Virus record (IMG/VR): IMGVR_UViG_3300009071_000004
DNA: 39,585 nucleotides
Source: a virus
Direction: 5' to 3' (one strand)
In this document: positions 16,891 through 23,443 of the stretch, in pieces
Layout: every line of letters begins with the position of its first letter
Position numbering within the stretch: position 1 is the first letter of the stretch
Program-made: the position numbers and the translations under genes
Notes under the pieces: model-generated
What the model was told of the DNA's origin: nothing
Seen by the model: only the letters and a program-made list of their open reading frames with translations
Database searches by the model: none

Positions 16891-17817
16891 TCAGGCTCGG
16901 ACGAGGATCCGTGCGGCCTTGTTGGTCAGCGGGAAGTTGTCTTTGGCCCAGTTGCCAGCGATGCGAGCCTGACGGCCCTTGTCGTTGCCTTGTACGTGTA
17001 GCTCGTACTCGTTCACCGTCTGCAGGAAGTGCCATGCAGTCTGCTCGCCTCCGATGGTCGGCCCATCGAAGATGCGGCGCATGTCTGCACGTCGCTCCAT
17101 CCAGTTGGCCTTGACACGGTCTGTGGCGTCATCCGCAGGCTTCGGGAACAACGCAGGCAGCAGCTCCTCGCCGAAGGTGACACGGCTGTACGCCTTGTCC
17201 ATCAGCCCTGCAGCCCAGGCATCGAACTCGTCAAACGCTGTGTACGTCTCGACGAGTGCAGCCTTCGCCTCGGCCAGACGTTCCTGTGCAGATGAACGGT
17301 GCTGGATGCTGTGGAACAGCTCGCCGCCAGAGACAGCGATCTTGAGCGTGTTCTCACAGACGACTCGCATGTTGACACCCTCGATGCGGAACGAGCCGCT
17401 GCCGTGCCATGTGGAGATGAGCAGCCAACGGTGGATGGCCTCGTCGGTGCCGTCGAAGCGAGGCGACTCGCCCAAGTCGACGAGCATCCAGACGAACTTG
17501 CCGCCCCACATCTGGCCGCAGGTCTGGACGCTCAGGTCCAGCTCGTCGGCGATGTCGGCCAGCTCCGTGTTCTGCAGGATCTCGTACTTGGGTGAGACGA
17601 CATCCAGCACAGCTCCGTCCGTCGTCTTCAAGGCGACGTGAGTTTCCAACGGCGTGTAGCTGCCTCCCAGGTACAGGGATGACTTGTGGACGCCCCAGGC
17701 AATGCCGCCTAGGTGCAGAGCTTCACGGCCTGTGCAGAAACGGTCGATGACCGTTCCGATGCCATGCCACGGCGTGGTGCCGCTGTTGCTCATCATGGTT
17801 TCGGGGATTGCTCCCAT
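16891..17817 (-). CDS. DUF932 (phage/plasmid-like protein, TIGR03299-type).
   Basis: TTPWHGIGT..., SPKYEILQN, GGKFVWMLV, LLISTWHGSGSF and RVVCENTL match the DUF932 signature blocks as I recall them. Start MGAIPE is preceded by AGGAGGtcacata. Confidence 0.8.
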   Translation of the reverse strand: MGAIPETMMSNSGTTPWHGIGTVIDRFCTGREALHLGGIAWGVHKSSLYLGGSYTPLETHVALKTTDGAVLDVVSPKYEILQNTELADIADELDLSVQTCGQMWGGKFVWMLVDLGESPRFDGTDEAIHRWLLISTWHGSGSFRIEGVNMRVVCENTLKIAVSGGELFHSIQHRSSAQERLAEAKAALVETYTAFDEFDAWAAGLMDKAYSRVTFGEELLPALFPKPADDATDRVKANWMERRADMRRIFDGPTIGGEQTAWHFLQTVNEYELHVQGNDKGRQARIAGNWAKDNFPLTNKAARILVRA

Positions 17818-17838
17818 TATGTGACCTCCTGTGGTCAT

Positions 17839-17863
17839 GTGTGTGTGAAGTCGGAAGACTTCG
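17839..17863 (-). repeat. Early-arm stem-loop plus CTTCACACA element, copy (GAAGTC-GGAA-GACTTC).
   Basis: Stem 17847-52 / 17857-62. The transcribed strand reads cGAAGTCttccGACTTCACACACACAtgaccacAGGAGG..ATG. Confidence 0.7.
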
Positions 17864-17907
17864 CCCATGCCACACAGTACGCAGACTGTGTGACATCGAC
17901 GCTGCCG

Positions 17908-18063
17908 TCAGGTGCCGAGAGAACGTTCCGCCTCGTAGCGTCGCAGCTCCCAACGGATCTGGCCGTTGACAGAACGCTCGTTGGCTTCTGCACGTTCTTT
18001 GATGCGGATGTGGTGGTCCGTTGGTAGGGCCACCAGAACCTTGTGCTGAGGTTGCTTGGTCAT
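17908..18063 (-). CDS. Ribbon-helix-helix (Arc/CopG-like) DNA-binding protein, 51 aa.
   Basis: MTKQPQHKVLVALPTDHHIRIKERAEANERSVNGQIRWELRRYE fits beta-strand, helix, helix with the typical K/R-x-hydrophobic alternation at the N-terminus. Confidence 0.6.
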   Translation of the reverse strand: MTKQPQHKVLVALPTDHHIRIKERAEANERSVNGQIRWELRRYEAERSLGT

Positions 18064-18082
18064 AGGTCTGTATGTGCTTCCT

Positions 18083-18105
18083 GTGTGTGAAGTCGAATGA
18101 CTTCG
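18083..18105 (-). repeat. Early-arm stem-loop plus CTTCACACA element, copy (GAAGTC-GAAT-GACTTC).
   Basis: Stem 18089-94 / 18099-104. The transcribed strand reads cGAAGTCattcGACTTCACACACAGGAAG. Confidence 0.7.
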
Positions 18106-18149
18106 CCCACCCCGCAGAGCGTGTGTGCCCTGCAGGGTGGACGCTGCCA

Positions 18150-18443
18150 TCAGGCCAGATCGGACGGGGCGGTGTACATGGCGACGTTCCCCTTGAGTAC
18201 GAGGAAGCCGCTGTCGATCATCACCTTGACTGCCTCCCTGACGGCATGGCGGAACGCTGCGCTCTGCAGGGTCGCAGCCTGTGCCTCGGCGATCAGGTTG
18301 CGGATGTCATGAGCACTCAGCTCTGACGCATCCTCGTCTCGGGTGTCCAGCACGTCCTCGATCATCGACTCGATCGAGCTACGGGCCTCTTCGACCAGCT
18401 CGTCAGCGTCAATGTCGACGTCATTGCAAATTTCGATGTTCAT
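18150..18443 (-). CDS. Strongly acidic 97-aa protein, function unknown.
   Basis: MNIEICNDVDIDADELVEEARSSIESMIEDVLDTRDEDASELS... The SD is ggaggtacacata. Confidence 0.6.
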   Translation of the reverse strand: MNIEICNDVDIDADELVEEARSSIESMIEDVLDTRDEDASELSAHDIRNLIAEAQAATLQSAAFRHAVREAVKVMIDSGFLVLKGNVAMYTAPSDLA

Positions 18444-18464
18444 TATGTGTACCTCCAAGGTACG

Positions 18465-18488
18465 TATGTGTGAAGTCGGAAGACTTCG
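18465..18488 (-). repeat. Early-arm stem-loop plus CTTCACACA element, copy (GAAGTC-GGAA-GACTTC).
   Basis: Stem 18472-77 / 18482-87. It shares the 17-mer gaagtcggaagacttcg with the copy at 17847. Confidence 0.7.
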
Positions 18489-18528
18489 TGCAAGGCACAG
18501 AGTCGCTGTGGCCCTGTGCCCTGCACGC

Positions 18529-18822
18529 TCACTTCCAGCTATTCATCGGGATCTCGACGAAGTCGCCGACCCCATCGGATGTCCAGTTCCATGTCAGCCC
18601 GAAGACGCTGCACTGCACGTCCTGAACGTCCCGAGTGAAGGCAACGAGTACGTGACCGTCTTTGCGACGGAACCCGTTGTGCTTCTCGGCGTTGTCGAGA
18701 GCCTCGTCGTAGGTGTTGCCGTTACCCCAGAAGCCGTAGCCATAGACGACGAAGCGCCAACGCTGCTTCTCGCTTGTCTCGGTGTCTGTGATGGTGGATG
18801 TGTCTGTGTTCGTGTCGGGCAT
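18529..18822 (-). CDS. Hypothetical protein, 97 aa.
   Basis: The ATG is preceded by cataggaggtcggc. It is the first gene after the promoter at 18874-18903. Confidence 0.6.
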   Translation of the reverse strand: MPDTNTDTSTITDTETSEKQRWRFVVYGYGFWGNGNTYDEALDNAEKHNGFRRKDGHVLVAFTRDVQDVQCSVFGLTWNWTSDGVGDFVEIPMNSWK

Positions 18823-18873
18823 GCCGACCTCCTATGTCTGCCGAACGACTTGCTCGGCGTTGATTGCCCCATC

Positions 18874-18903
18874 AATCTACCACGGATGGTGGCAGCTCGT
18901 CAA
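18874..18903 (-). promoter_or_regulatory. Sigma70/SigA-like leftward promoter: TTGACG-N18-(TGg)TAGATT.
   Basis: The minus strand reads cGATTTGACGagctgccaccatccgTGgTAGATT. It lies in an intergenic region and shares the cGATTTGAC and ccgtrG blocks with the promoters at 21884 and 22503. Confidence 0.6.
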
Positions 18904-18923
18904 ATCGGGGATTCCCGTAGGGC

Positions 18924-19055
18924 CTAGAACAGTCGAGGCTCGTTGCCGTCCCTCTCCTCCGCAATGATGCGGGTGGCGAGCGGTCCGCAGATGCCACGGG
19001 CACGCTCCACACGTTCTTGGTGCTTGTCTGCCTGTGATCGGTCTGAATGGTTCAT
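18924..19055 (-). CDS. Hypothetical 43-aa protein.
   Basis: Start MNHSDRSQADKHQ is preceded by gggaggtgaagtc. There is an ATGA overlap with the upstream gene. Confidence 0.4.
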   Translation of the reverse strand: MNHSDRSQADKHQERVERARGICGPLATRIIAEERDGNEPRLF

Positions 19056-19318
19056 GACTTCACCTCCCAGTCGGCGTAGTAGTTGGGGACTTCGGGGTAC
19101 TCCGTGGGTAGGAGCGGAGCCTCTGTGATCATGTCTGCGTCTGTGAAGTTGTGGCCCTGCACGAAGCCGCCATGCATGGCAGCTTCCAGCACATGGCCGA
19201 AGGCTTCGCCGTCGGCTTCTCGTTTCTTCATGCGTTCGTGACACAGGCTCAGCACCCAGCTCCCTGTGATCAGGATCATGACCATGATCCCCCAGAACGC
19301 TCCGATGTCTGTTCTCAT
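19052..19318 (-). CDS. Membrane protein, 88 aa, with one N-terminal TM helix.
   Basis: MRTDIGAFWGIMVMILITGSWVLSLC contains the TM segment, followed by an acidic tail. Confidence 0.6.
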   Translation of the reverse strand: MRTDIGAFWGIMVMILITGSWVLSLCHERMKKREADGEAFGHVLEAAMHGGFVQGHNFTDADMITEAPLLPTEYPEVPNYYADWEVKS

Positions 19319-19376
19319 ATCTGCTCTCTTTCTGTGGCTGCTACAGCAGCCAACTTTGTAGGTTCTTTCTTAATGA

Positions 19377-19398
19377 GCGGCTCCCTGAGGGGAGCCGC
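19377..19398 (-). terminator. 9-bp GC stem with a tetraloop, a terminator or small-RNA 3' end candidate.
   Basis: GCGGCTCCC-TGAG-GGGAGCCGC. It is intergenic, ~30 nt downstream of a TATAAT promoter, and has no U-tract. Confidence 0.4.
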
Positions 19399-19426
19399 GA
19401 ATGCAAGGCTGGAGAACTGCGTTCTC

Positions 19427-19456
19427 ATTATACGCAGCCCTCACAGCCCTGTACAA
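19427..19456 (-). promoter_or_regulatory. Sigma70-like leftward promoter: TTGTAC-N18-TATAAT.
   Basis: The minus strand reads TTGTACagggctgtgagggctgcgTATAAT, with a perfect -10. It lies in the 160-nt gap upstream of the 88-aa membrane protein gene. Confidence 0.55.
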
Positions 19457-19476
19457 ACGCCCCTGTGTAGTAGCCC

Positions 19477-19593
19477 CTATGTGCAGGATGTCCAGCAGGC
19501 ATCAGGGCCGAGAACGTAGGGGATCCGAGTCGCTGCAAGGATTGCTAAAGCAAGCAGTGCGGCAACGAAGGCAGCATCGTGGATGCGGCTCAC
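19477..19593 (-). CDS. Possible 38-aa hydrophobic peptide. Not in the ORF track.
   Basis: The GTG start overlaps the upstream stop (GTGA). My translation is V/MSRIHDAAFVAALLALAILAATRIPYVLGPDACWTSCT. Confidence 0.3.
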   Translation of the reverse strand: MSRIHDAAFVAALLALAILAATRIPYVLGPDACWTSCT

Positions 19594-19814
19594 GCTTCAC
19601 CGTCCTGAGCGGAGGCGATGACGATGGATGCGCTGACGAAGGTGCCGTGGGCTTCGAGGACTTTGTCGATCTCTAGCAGGACGGCCTTGGCTCTGGCAGC
19701 GACGTTCGGGAAACCCTCGTCTGTGGCGACCCGCATGTCGTGCCGCAGAGCGGCTTGCAGATCGACCAAGGGGATGTGGATTCGGGACTCAAGGATGGTC
19801 TTCGGGGTGGTCAT
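19590..19814 (-). CDS. Hypothetical protein, 74 aa.
   Basis: Start MTTPKTILES is preceded by acacAGGAAGacacacacac. Confidence 0.55.
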   Translation of the reverse strand: MTTPKTILESRIHIPLVDLQAALRHDMRVATDEGFPNVAARAKAVLLEIDKVLEAHGTFVSASIVIASAQDGEA

Positions 19815-19832
19815 GTGTGTGTGTCTTCCTGT

Positions 19833-19856
19833 GTAGGTGAAGCCTGAGTGCTTCGT
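19833..19856 (-). repeat. Early-arm stem-loop element, copy (GAAGC-CTGAGT-GCTTC).
   Basis: Stem 19839-43 / 19850-54. It shares ctgagtgcttcgtga with the copy at 21978. Confidence 0.65.
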
Positions 19857-19895
19857 GATCCCCACAGACAGATGCCTGCAGGGATCCCGCTGTAC

Positions 19896-20513
19896 TCAGA
19901 GCGACCAGCGGTCTACGACTACGTCGTACGCTTCACAGCCGTGGCAGACGACTTCGGTGCCGTCGGCTTCCGTCTCGCCGTACAAGCAGCCGAACTTGTG
20001 CATGCTGTGTGTGAGCCGACGGACCATGGCCGTTGACGCTTCGCCCATCTCTGTGGCAGCGATGAAGGCGTTTGCACCTTCGACGATGTCGACGGGGTGT
20101 GGCTGATCGTCTTGCACCAGCCGCACAGTCTGTGAGTCGAGCCTGTCGCCGTGGCTGACGGCGTACTCACTCAGCATCTGAGCTGCCAAGCCGTCGACGG
20201 TGCCATTCAGGCTGTAGCCTTCGGCAACGAAGCTGTACTGCATGGCGTGCCGCTGGCTGTGAAGCTTGGCTTGGAACTTCACGACGGCTTCGCCCCACGA
20301 CAAGTCGTAGGAGCCGCTTCCCCAAGAGTCGGCGTCGATTCGTGCATCTGTGAAGAACACGAAGCGACGTGCAGGGTTGTGAGTGCCTCGGCACATGTTC
20401 GGGGCATCGACGATGCCATGCCAAACTTGGACGGTGCCTTGCCCTGCAGCTTGCAGGAACGCGGCGACCACACGTTGGCCGTTGAGGGTGGATGGGACAG
20501 TTCCGATCGACAT
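19896..20513 (-). CDS. Hypothetical protein, 205 aa.
   Basis: Start MSIGTVPSTL is preceded by aaaggatcgact. No motif recognised. Confidence 0.6.
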   Translation of the reverse strand: MSIGTVPSTLNGQRVVAAFLQAAGQGTVQVWHGIVDAPNMCRGTHNPARRFVFFTDARIDADSWGSGSYDLSWGEAVVKFQAKLHSQRHAMQYSFVAEGYSLNGTVDGLAAQMLSEYAVSHGDRLDSQTVRLVQDDQPHPVDIVEGANAFIAATEMGEASTAMVRRLTHSMHKFGCLYGETEADGTEVVCHGCEAYDVVVDRWSL

Positions 20514-20528
20514 AGTCGATCCTTTCAT

Positions 20529-20570
20529 GTATGTGAAGCGGAGTGCTTCGGTGTGTGATGCAGAGCATCC
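20529..20570 (-). repeat. Tandem pair of early-arm stem-loops (GAAGC-GGAGT-GCTTC and GATGC-AGA-GCATC).
   Basis: Stems 20535-39 / 20545-49 and 20557-61 / 20565-69. The transcribed strand reads GATGCtctGCATCACACACcGAAGCactccGCTTCACATACATGAAAGG. Confidence 0.65.
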
Positions 20571-20608
20571 CTCATCCCGCCCCCCGAAGGGGACGGAGTG
20601 AGAGTCGT

Positions 20609-20851
20609 CTACAGCTCGTCCCAGCAGGGGCCACACAGGAAGTGCGGGAAGGGACGGGGGACGTTGTCCATGATCACTTCACGGTTCTGGGCCGTGTATT
20701 CCCCTACGGGGAAGTGAGACTGGACTGAGCCGCCTCGCTTGTATGCCTTGAAGGCAGCGGTGGGCACTCCGCAGCCTTCTTCGTGGCCGCACTGGGTGCA
20801 TTTGGCTGTGAGGTGGGTGATGGATGCCGAAGGCATGTTGAGGTATGTCAT
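20609..20851 (-). CDS. Cys-rich (zinc-finger-like) 80-aa protein.
   Basis: Start MTYLNMPSASI. It carries CTQCGHEEGC ... CGPC. Confidence 0.55.
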   Translation of the reverse strand: MTYLNMPSASITHLTAKCTQCGHEEGCGVPTAAFKAYKRGGSVQSHFPVGEYTAQNREVIMDNVPRPFPHFLCGPCWDEL

Positions 20852-20870
20852 GGTGCTTCTTTCTGTATAT

Positions 20871-20890
20871 GTGAGTGATGCAGAGCATCG
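20871..20890 (-). repeat. Early-arm stem-loop element, copy (GATGC-AGA-GCATC).
   Basis: Stem 20877-81 / 20885-89. The 15-mer gtgatgcagagcatc is identical to the one at 20555-20569. Confidence 0.65.
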
Positions 20891-20941
20891 GAGACGGCAC
20901 CACCACACAGGGCGATGCCGTCGCCGTCGCCGTCGACTACG

Positions 20942-21805
20942 TCAGGCAACTAGGGAGACTGCCGTCTCCTGTATGAAGCCGTGATGGTTGACGCTACGGT
21001 CACGGGGCAGCTTGTACCGAAGACCGACGATGTTGCCAGGCTCGTCGAGGAACCGAAGGTCGTGCTTGTCACCGTCGATGACAGGCATGCCGTGCCACTC
21101 GGCGATCATCTCGCCCTTCGGGACGATGTCGAACGGGACAACTACGTTGTGGCCAGCTTCCAGCAGGGTACGGATCTGTGATATCGGCGTGTTCTCCGTG
21201 GCGGAAAAGACTCGGTACTGGTTGGGGTGCCGTAGGGACCAGCTCAGCTTCACATCCTCGTGCTTCGTGTAATCCGAGAAGATCACATCGTGATGCTTCC
21301 GAAGGATCCAGCCAGGGATCTCGACATCGGACGTTCCGTTGACACGAACGACCAGCGTCTTGCCCTTGGCTGCCACACGGGCCTTGTTTCGTGTGATCTC
21401 GGCGTCGGCGAGCCGCCAGAAGGCTGAGTAGTCGCCGTCTGTGAGGTGTGTCATGGAGAACAGCACCGTTCTGGCTAGCTTCGCTATTTCGGCCATGGCC
21501 AGACGGCCCGAAGTGTGAAGGCAAGCTGCCCTGCAACCTCTGGTTGAAGAGCGGCAAACGTTCCGAAACTTGACCGACATCGTAGGCCCCGTCCACAGCA
21601 GCTCATAGAGCCGCTTGGCTAGGGTGTGAGGCAACATGTAACAAACGATCTGCTCGAAATCGTCGGTCACATCTCGGTTGTGGTTCAGCTTGGTGCTGGC
21701 ATGCTGAGGTGTGAAGAGGTACGGCGCTTTGCCGCCACCAAGAGTGGTACTGATGAAGACGAACAAAGTTCGGATCATCGATAGTTGGAATGTTGCAGCT
21801 TTCAT
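20942..21805 (-). CDS. GP88-family-like protein (mycobacteriophage gp88 domain), function unknown.
   Basis: NVCRSSTRGCRAACLHTSGRLAM resembles the Cys-rich CP..T.GC...CLY..GRG block of GP88-family proteins as I recall them. The SD is cacAGGAGGctcacat. Confidence 0.45.
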   Translation of the reverse strand: MKAATFQLSMIRTLFVFISTTLGGGKAPYLFTPQHASTKLNHNRDVTDDFEQIVCYMLPHTLAKRLYELLWTGPTMSVKFRNVCRSSTRGCRAACLHTSGRLAMAEIAKLARTVLFSMTHLTDGDYSAFWRLADAEITRNKARVAAKGKTLVVRVNGTSDVEIPGWILRKHHDVIFSDYTKHEDVKLSWSLRHPNQYRVFSATENTPISQIRTLLEAGHNVVVPFDIVPKGEMIAEWHGMPVIDGDKHDLRFLDEPGNIVGLRYKLPRDRSVNHHGFIQETAVSLVA

Positions 21806-21883
21806 ATGTGAGCCTCCTGTGAAGCCATTGTGTGTATGTCGAGATGCCTTGGTCGGCGTCTCGGGGTTTCGAATTTCTGCCGT

Positions 21884-21913
21884 ACCTTACACCACGGCAA
21901 GCCAACCAGTCAA
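21884..21913 (-). promoter_or_regulatory. Sigma70/SigA-like leftward promoter: TTGACT-N18-(TGt)TAAGGT.
   Basis: The minus strand reads cGATTTGACTggttggcttgccgtggTGtTAAGGT. It is intergenic, ~80 nt upstream of the GP88-like gene. Confidence 0.6.
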
Positions 21914-21974
21914 ATCGGCTGGCCCACCGTAGGTAAGAGTCGCTATGTACGGGTGCCTAGTTGGCGGGCAGCCC

Positions 21975-21994
21975 GTTGAAGCTGAGTGCTTCGT
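21975..21994 (-). repeat. Early-arm stem-loop element, copy (GAAGC-TGAGT-GCTTC).
   Basis: Stem 21978-82 / 21988-92, in the gap downstream of the 61-aa gene. Confidence 0.65.
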
Positions 21995-22036
21995 GAAACC
22001 CTCACACGATTGCCGTGTGAAGGCTTCCCGCTGCAA

Positions 22037-22222
22037 TCACTTGCGACGCTTGTCTTTCGACGGTCGAAACACTGCACGATCTCCATCGGAGATCCATTTG
22101 CCGTCACGCTTGTTATCGTCACAGCAGCCCCTGTTGGGGCGGCAGTGGGTGCATTGGCCGTCGTTGTTTCGGTCCCTGTTACGAAGGAACTTCGTAGTAG
22201 CTGAATCTCTGCCACCTGTCAT
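22037..22222 (-). CDS. Small basic Cys-containing protein, 61 aa.
   Basis: The ATG is preceded by ccacacacatAGGAGGtcacc. It carries CTHCRPNRGCC and a K/R-rich C-terminus. I prefer it over the overlapping 21943..22215 ORF, which lacks an SD. Confidence 0.55.
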   Translation of the reverse strand: MTGGRDSATTKFLRNRDRNNDGQCTHCRPNRGCCDDNKRDGKWISDGDRAVFRPSKDKRRK

Positions 22223-22269
22223 GGTGACCTCCTATGTGTGTGGTTGGTTCCTGTGATACCGCGACGGCC

Positions 22270-22449
22270 CTAGAAGGGATTCTCGCAGACGACTTCGTCG
22301 TAGAAGCAATCTCCGTCCCAGATGGCGTCCTGTGAAGACTTCATGCGGGGGAAATCGTAGTCCCAGTCGAAGAACACTGCTTCGGCGTCTACGACGGTCT
22401 TCGGCATCACAGCCGTACTGACGGGGGAAACTGTGGAGCTAGTAGCCAT
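22270..22449 (-). CDS. Hypothetical protein, 59 aa.
   Basis: Start MATSSTVSPV is preceded by ccacacataacAGGAGGtggcca. Confidence 0.55.
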   Translation of the reverse strand: MATSSTVSPVSTAVMPKTVVDAEAVFFDWDYDFPRMKSSQDAIWDGDCFYDEVVCENPF

Positions 22450-22502
22450 TGGCCACCTCCTGTTATGTGTGGTTGGTCCGAGTTGAATCGGCGACGGCAA
22501 TC

Positions 22503-22532
22503 ACCATACTACGGAAACTGCCGAGCCGTCAA
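22503..22532 (-). promoter_or_regulatory. Sigma70/SigA-like leftward promoter: TTGACG-N18-TATGGT.
   Basis: The minus strand reads cGATTTGACGgctcggcagtttccgtagTATGGT, in the 183-nt gap upstream of the 59-aa gene. Confidence 0.6.
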
Positions 22533-22565
22533 ATCGTTACCGTATGCATAATGCGGCACGGTAAC

Positions 22566-22584
22566 CATGAAGCAAGCTGCTTCG
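22566..22584 (-). repeat. Early-arm stem-loop element, copy (GAAGCA-AGC-TGCTTC).
   Basis: Stem 22569-74 / 22578-83. The 19-mer catgaagcaagctgcttcg is identical to the one at 23465-23483. Confidence 0.7.
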
Positions 22585-22632
22585 GGATCCCGCAGAGCCA
22601 CTCAGGCCCTGCAGGATCACGCTGCCACTCGC

Positions 22633-22866
22633 TCAGTCCCTGCTCATGAAGCCTTTACAGCCGCAATCGGAGTCTTCGGCACAATCACGGTGCTCTGCAA
22701 GCCAGTCAGCTTCCCAGTCGGGACTGGATGCTTCACAGGGGCACGCATCAATCTTCGATGCCGCATGTTCGGCGTTACTGGCACAGTCGCCACAGCCACA
22801 GCAGATCTCCGTGTAAATGTCGAGATCGAGCTGAAAGCACTTTTCGCATTCAATTTCGTCGGGCAA
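22633..22866 (-). CDS. Acidic Cys-rich miniprotein, 77 aa, 12 Cys.
   Basis: The TTG start is preceded by cacatAGGAGAagacc. It carries CEKC...CCGCGDC...CPC...C...CGC. Confidence 0.55.
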   Translation of the reverse strand: MPDEIECEKCFQLDLDIYTEICCGCGDCASNAEHAASKIDACPCEASSPDWEADWLAEHRDCAEDSDCGCKGFMSRD

Positions 22867-22908
22867 GGTCTTCTCCTATGTGTTCCTTCACACCAGAATG
22901 GCGTGAAG

Positions 22909-22929
22909 GGATGAAGCAAATCGCTTCGT
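22909..22929 (-). repeat. Early-arm stem-loop element, copy (GAAGC-AAATC-GCTTC).
   Basis: Stem 22913-17 / 22923-27. Confidence 0.6.
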
Positions 22930-22935
22930 GAACCT

Positions 22936-22963
22936 CCTTCCCGTGAATTGCTTCACAGGAAGG
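22936..22963 (-). terminator. Composite 11-bp stem-loop after the 142-aa gene, a terminator or processing candidate.
   Basis: CCTTCC-c-GTGAA-ttgc-TTCAC-a-GGAAGG, 29 nt downstream of the stop at 22992. Confidence 0.4.
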
Positions 22964-22991
22964 AAGTTCCCGCTGCGATCAGCGAAGCTGA

Positions 22992-23420
22992 TTACAGGTT
23001 ACGACGGTCCCAAATCATCGACTTGACACCTTCACAGAGCCGAACTTCACGGTACGAATCTCCGTCTTCCAAATCGGCCTCGTAGTGGCCATCACAGTAC
23101 AGCTCGAACATGCAGTCCTGAATGCGTTCGCCGCCGTAGTTCCACAGCCACACGATCGCCTCGTACTGCCATTGTCCCGCAATTTCTTCGAAGAGCGACA
23201 TGTGCAGCTTCGCTGCAAGCCGAGCCATTTCGTCTCTATCACAGCCCTCCTGAACGACAAAGTCGTCGGGTGTGATGTCTTCACAAACCAGCTCGGCGAC
23301 TACGTCGAGCCGTCGAGCCAAATCGGCCAGCCCAATCACACGGCGCCGTGACCATGGGCCAAGAGCCTCCATGCCCTTCGGGATATCCTGATAAATTTCC
23401 GTACCTTCGGTGGTGCTCAT
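22992..23420 (-). CDS. Acidic hypothetical protein, 142 aa.
   Basis: Start MSTTEGTEIYQD is preceded by acacataaggaaaatttg. It is D/E-rich. No motif recognised. Confidence 0.6.
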   Translation of the reverse strand: MSTTEGTEIYQDIPKGMEALGPWSRRRVIGLADLARRLDVVAELVCEDITPDDFVVQEGCDRDEMARLAAKLHMSLFEEIAGQWQYEAIVWLWNYGGERIQDCMFELYCDGHYEADLEDGDSYREVRLCEGVKSMIWDRRNL

Positions 23421-23443
23421 CAAATTTTCCTTATGTGTTCGTT

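Noticed and set aside
21943-22215. The 90-aa minus-strand ORF overlapping the 61-aa gene.
   Set aside because: It has no SD, and its Ala/Thr-rich low-complexity translation runs through the intergenic stem-loop elements. The 22037..22222 frame has a perfect AGGAGG SD and the conserved CCACACACAT leader.
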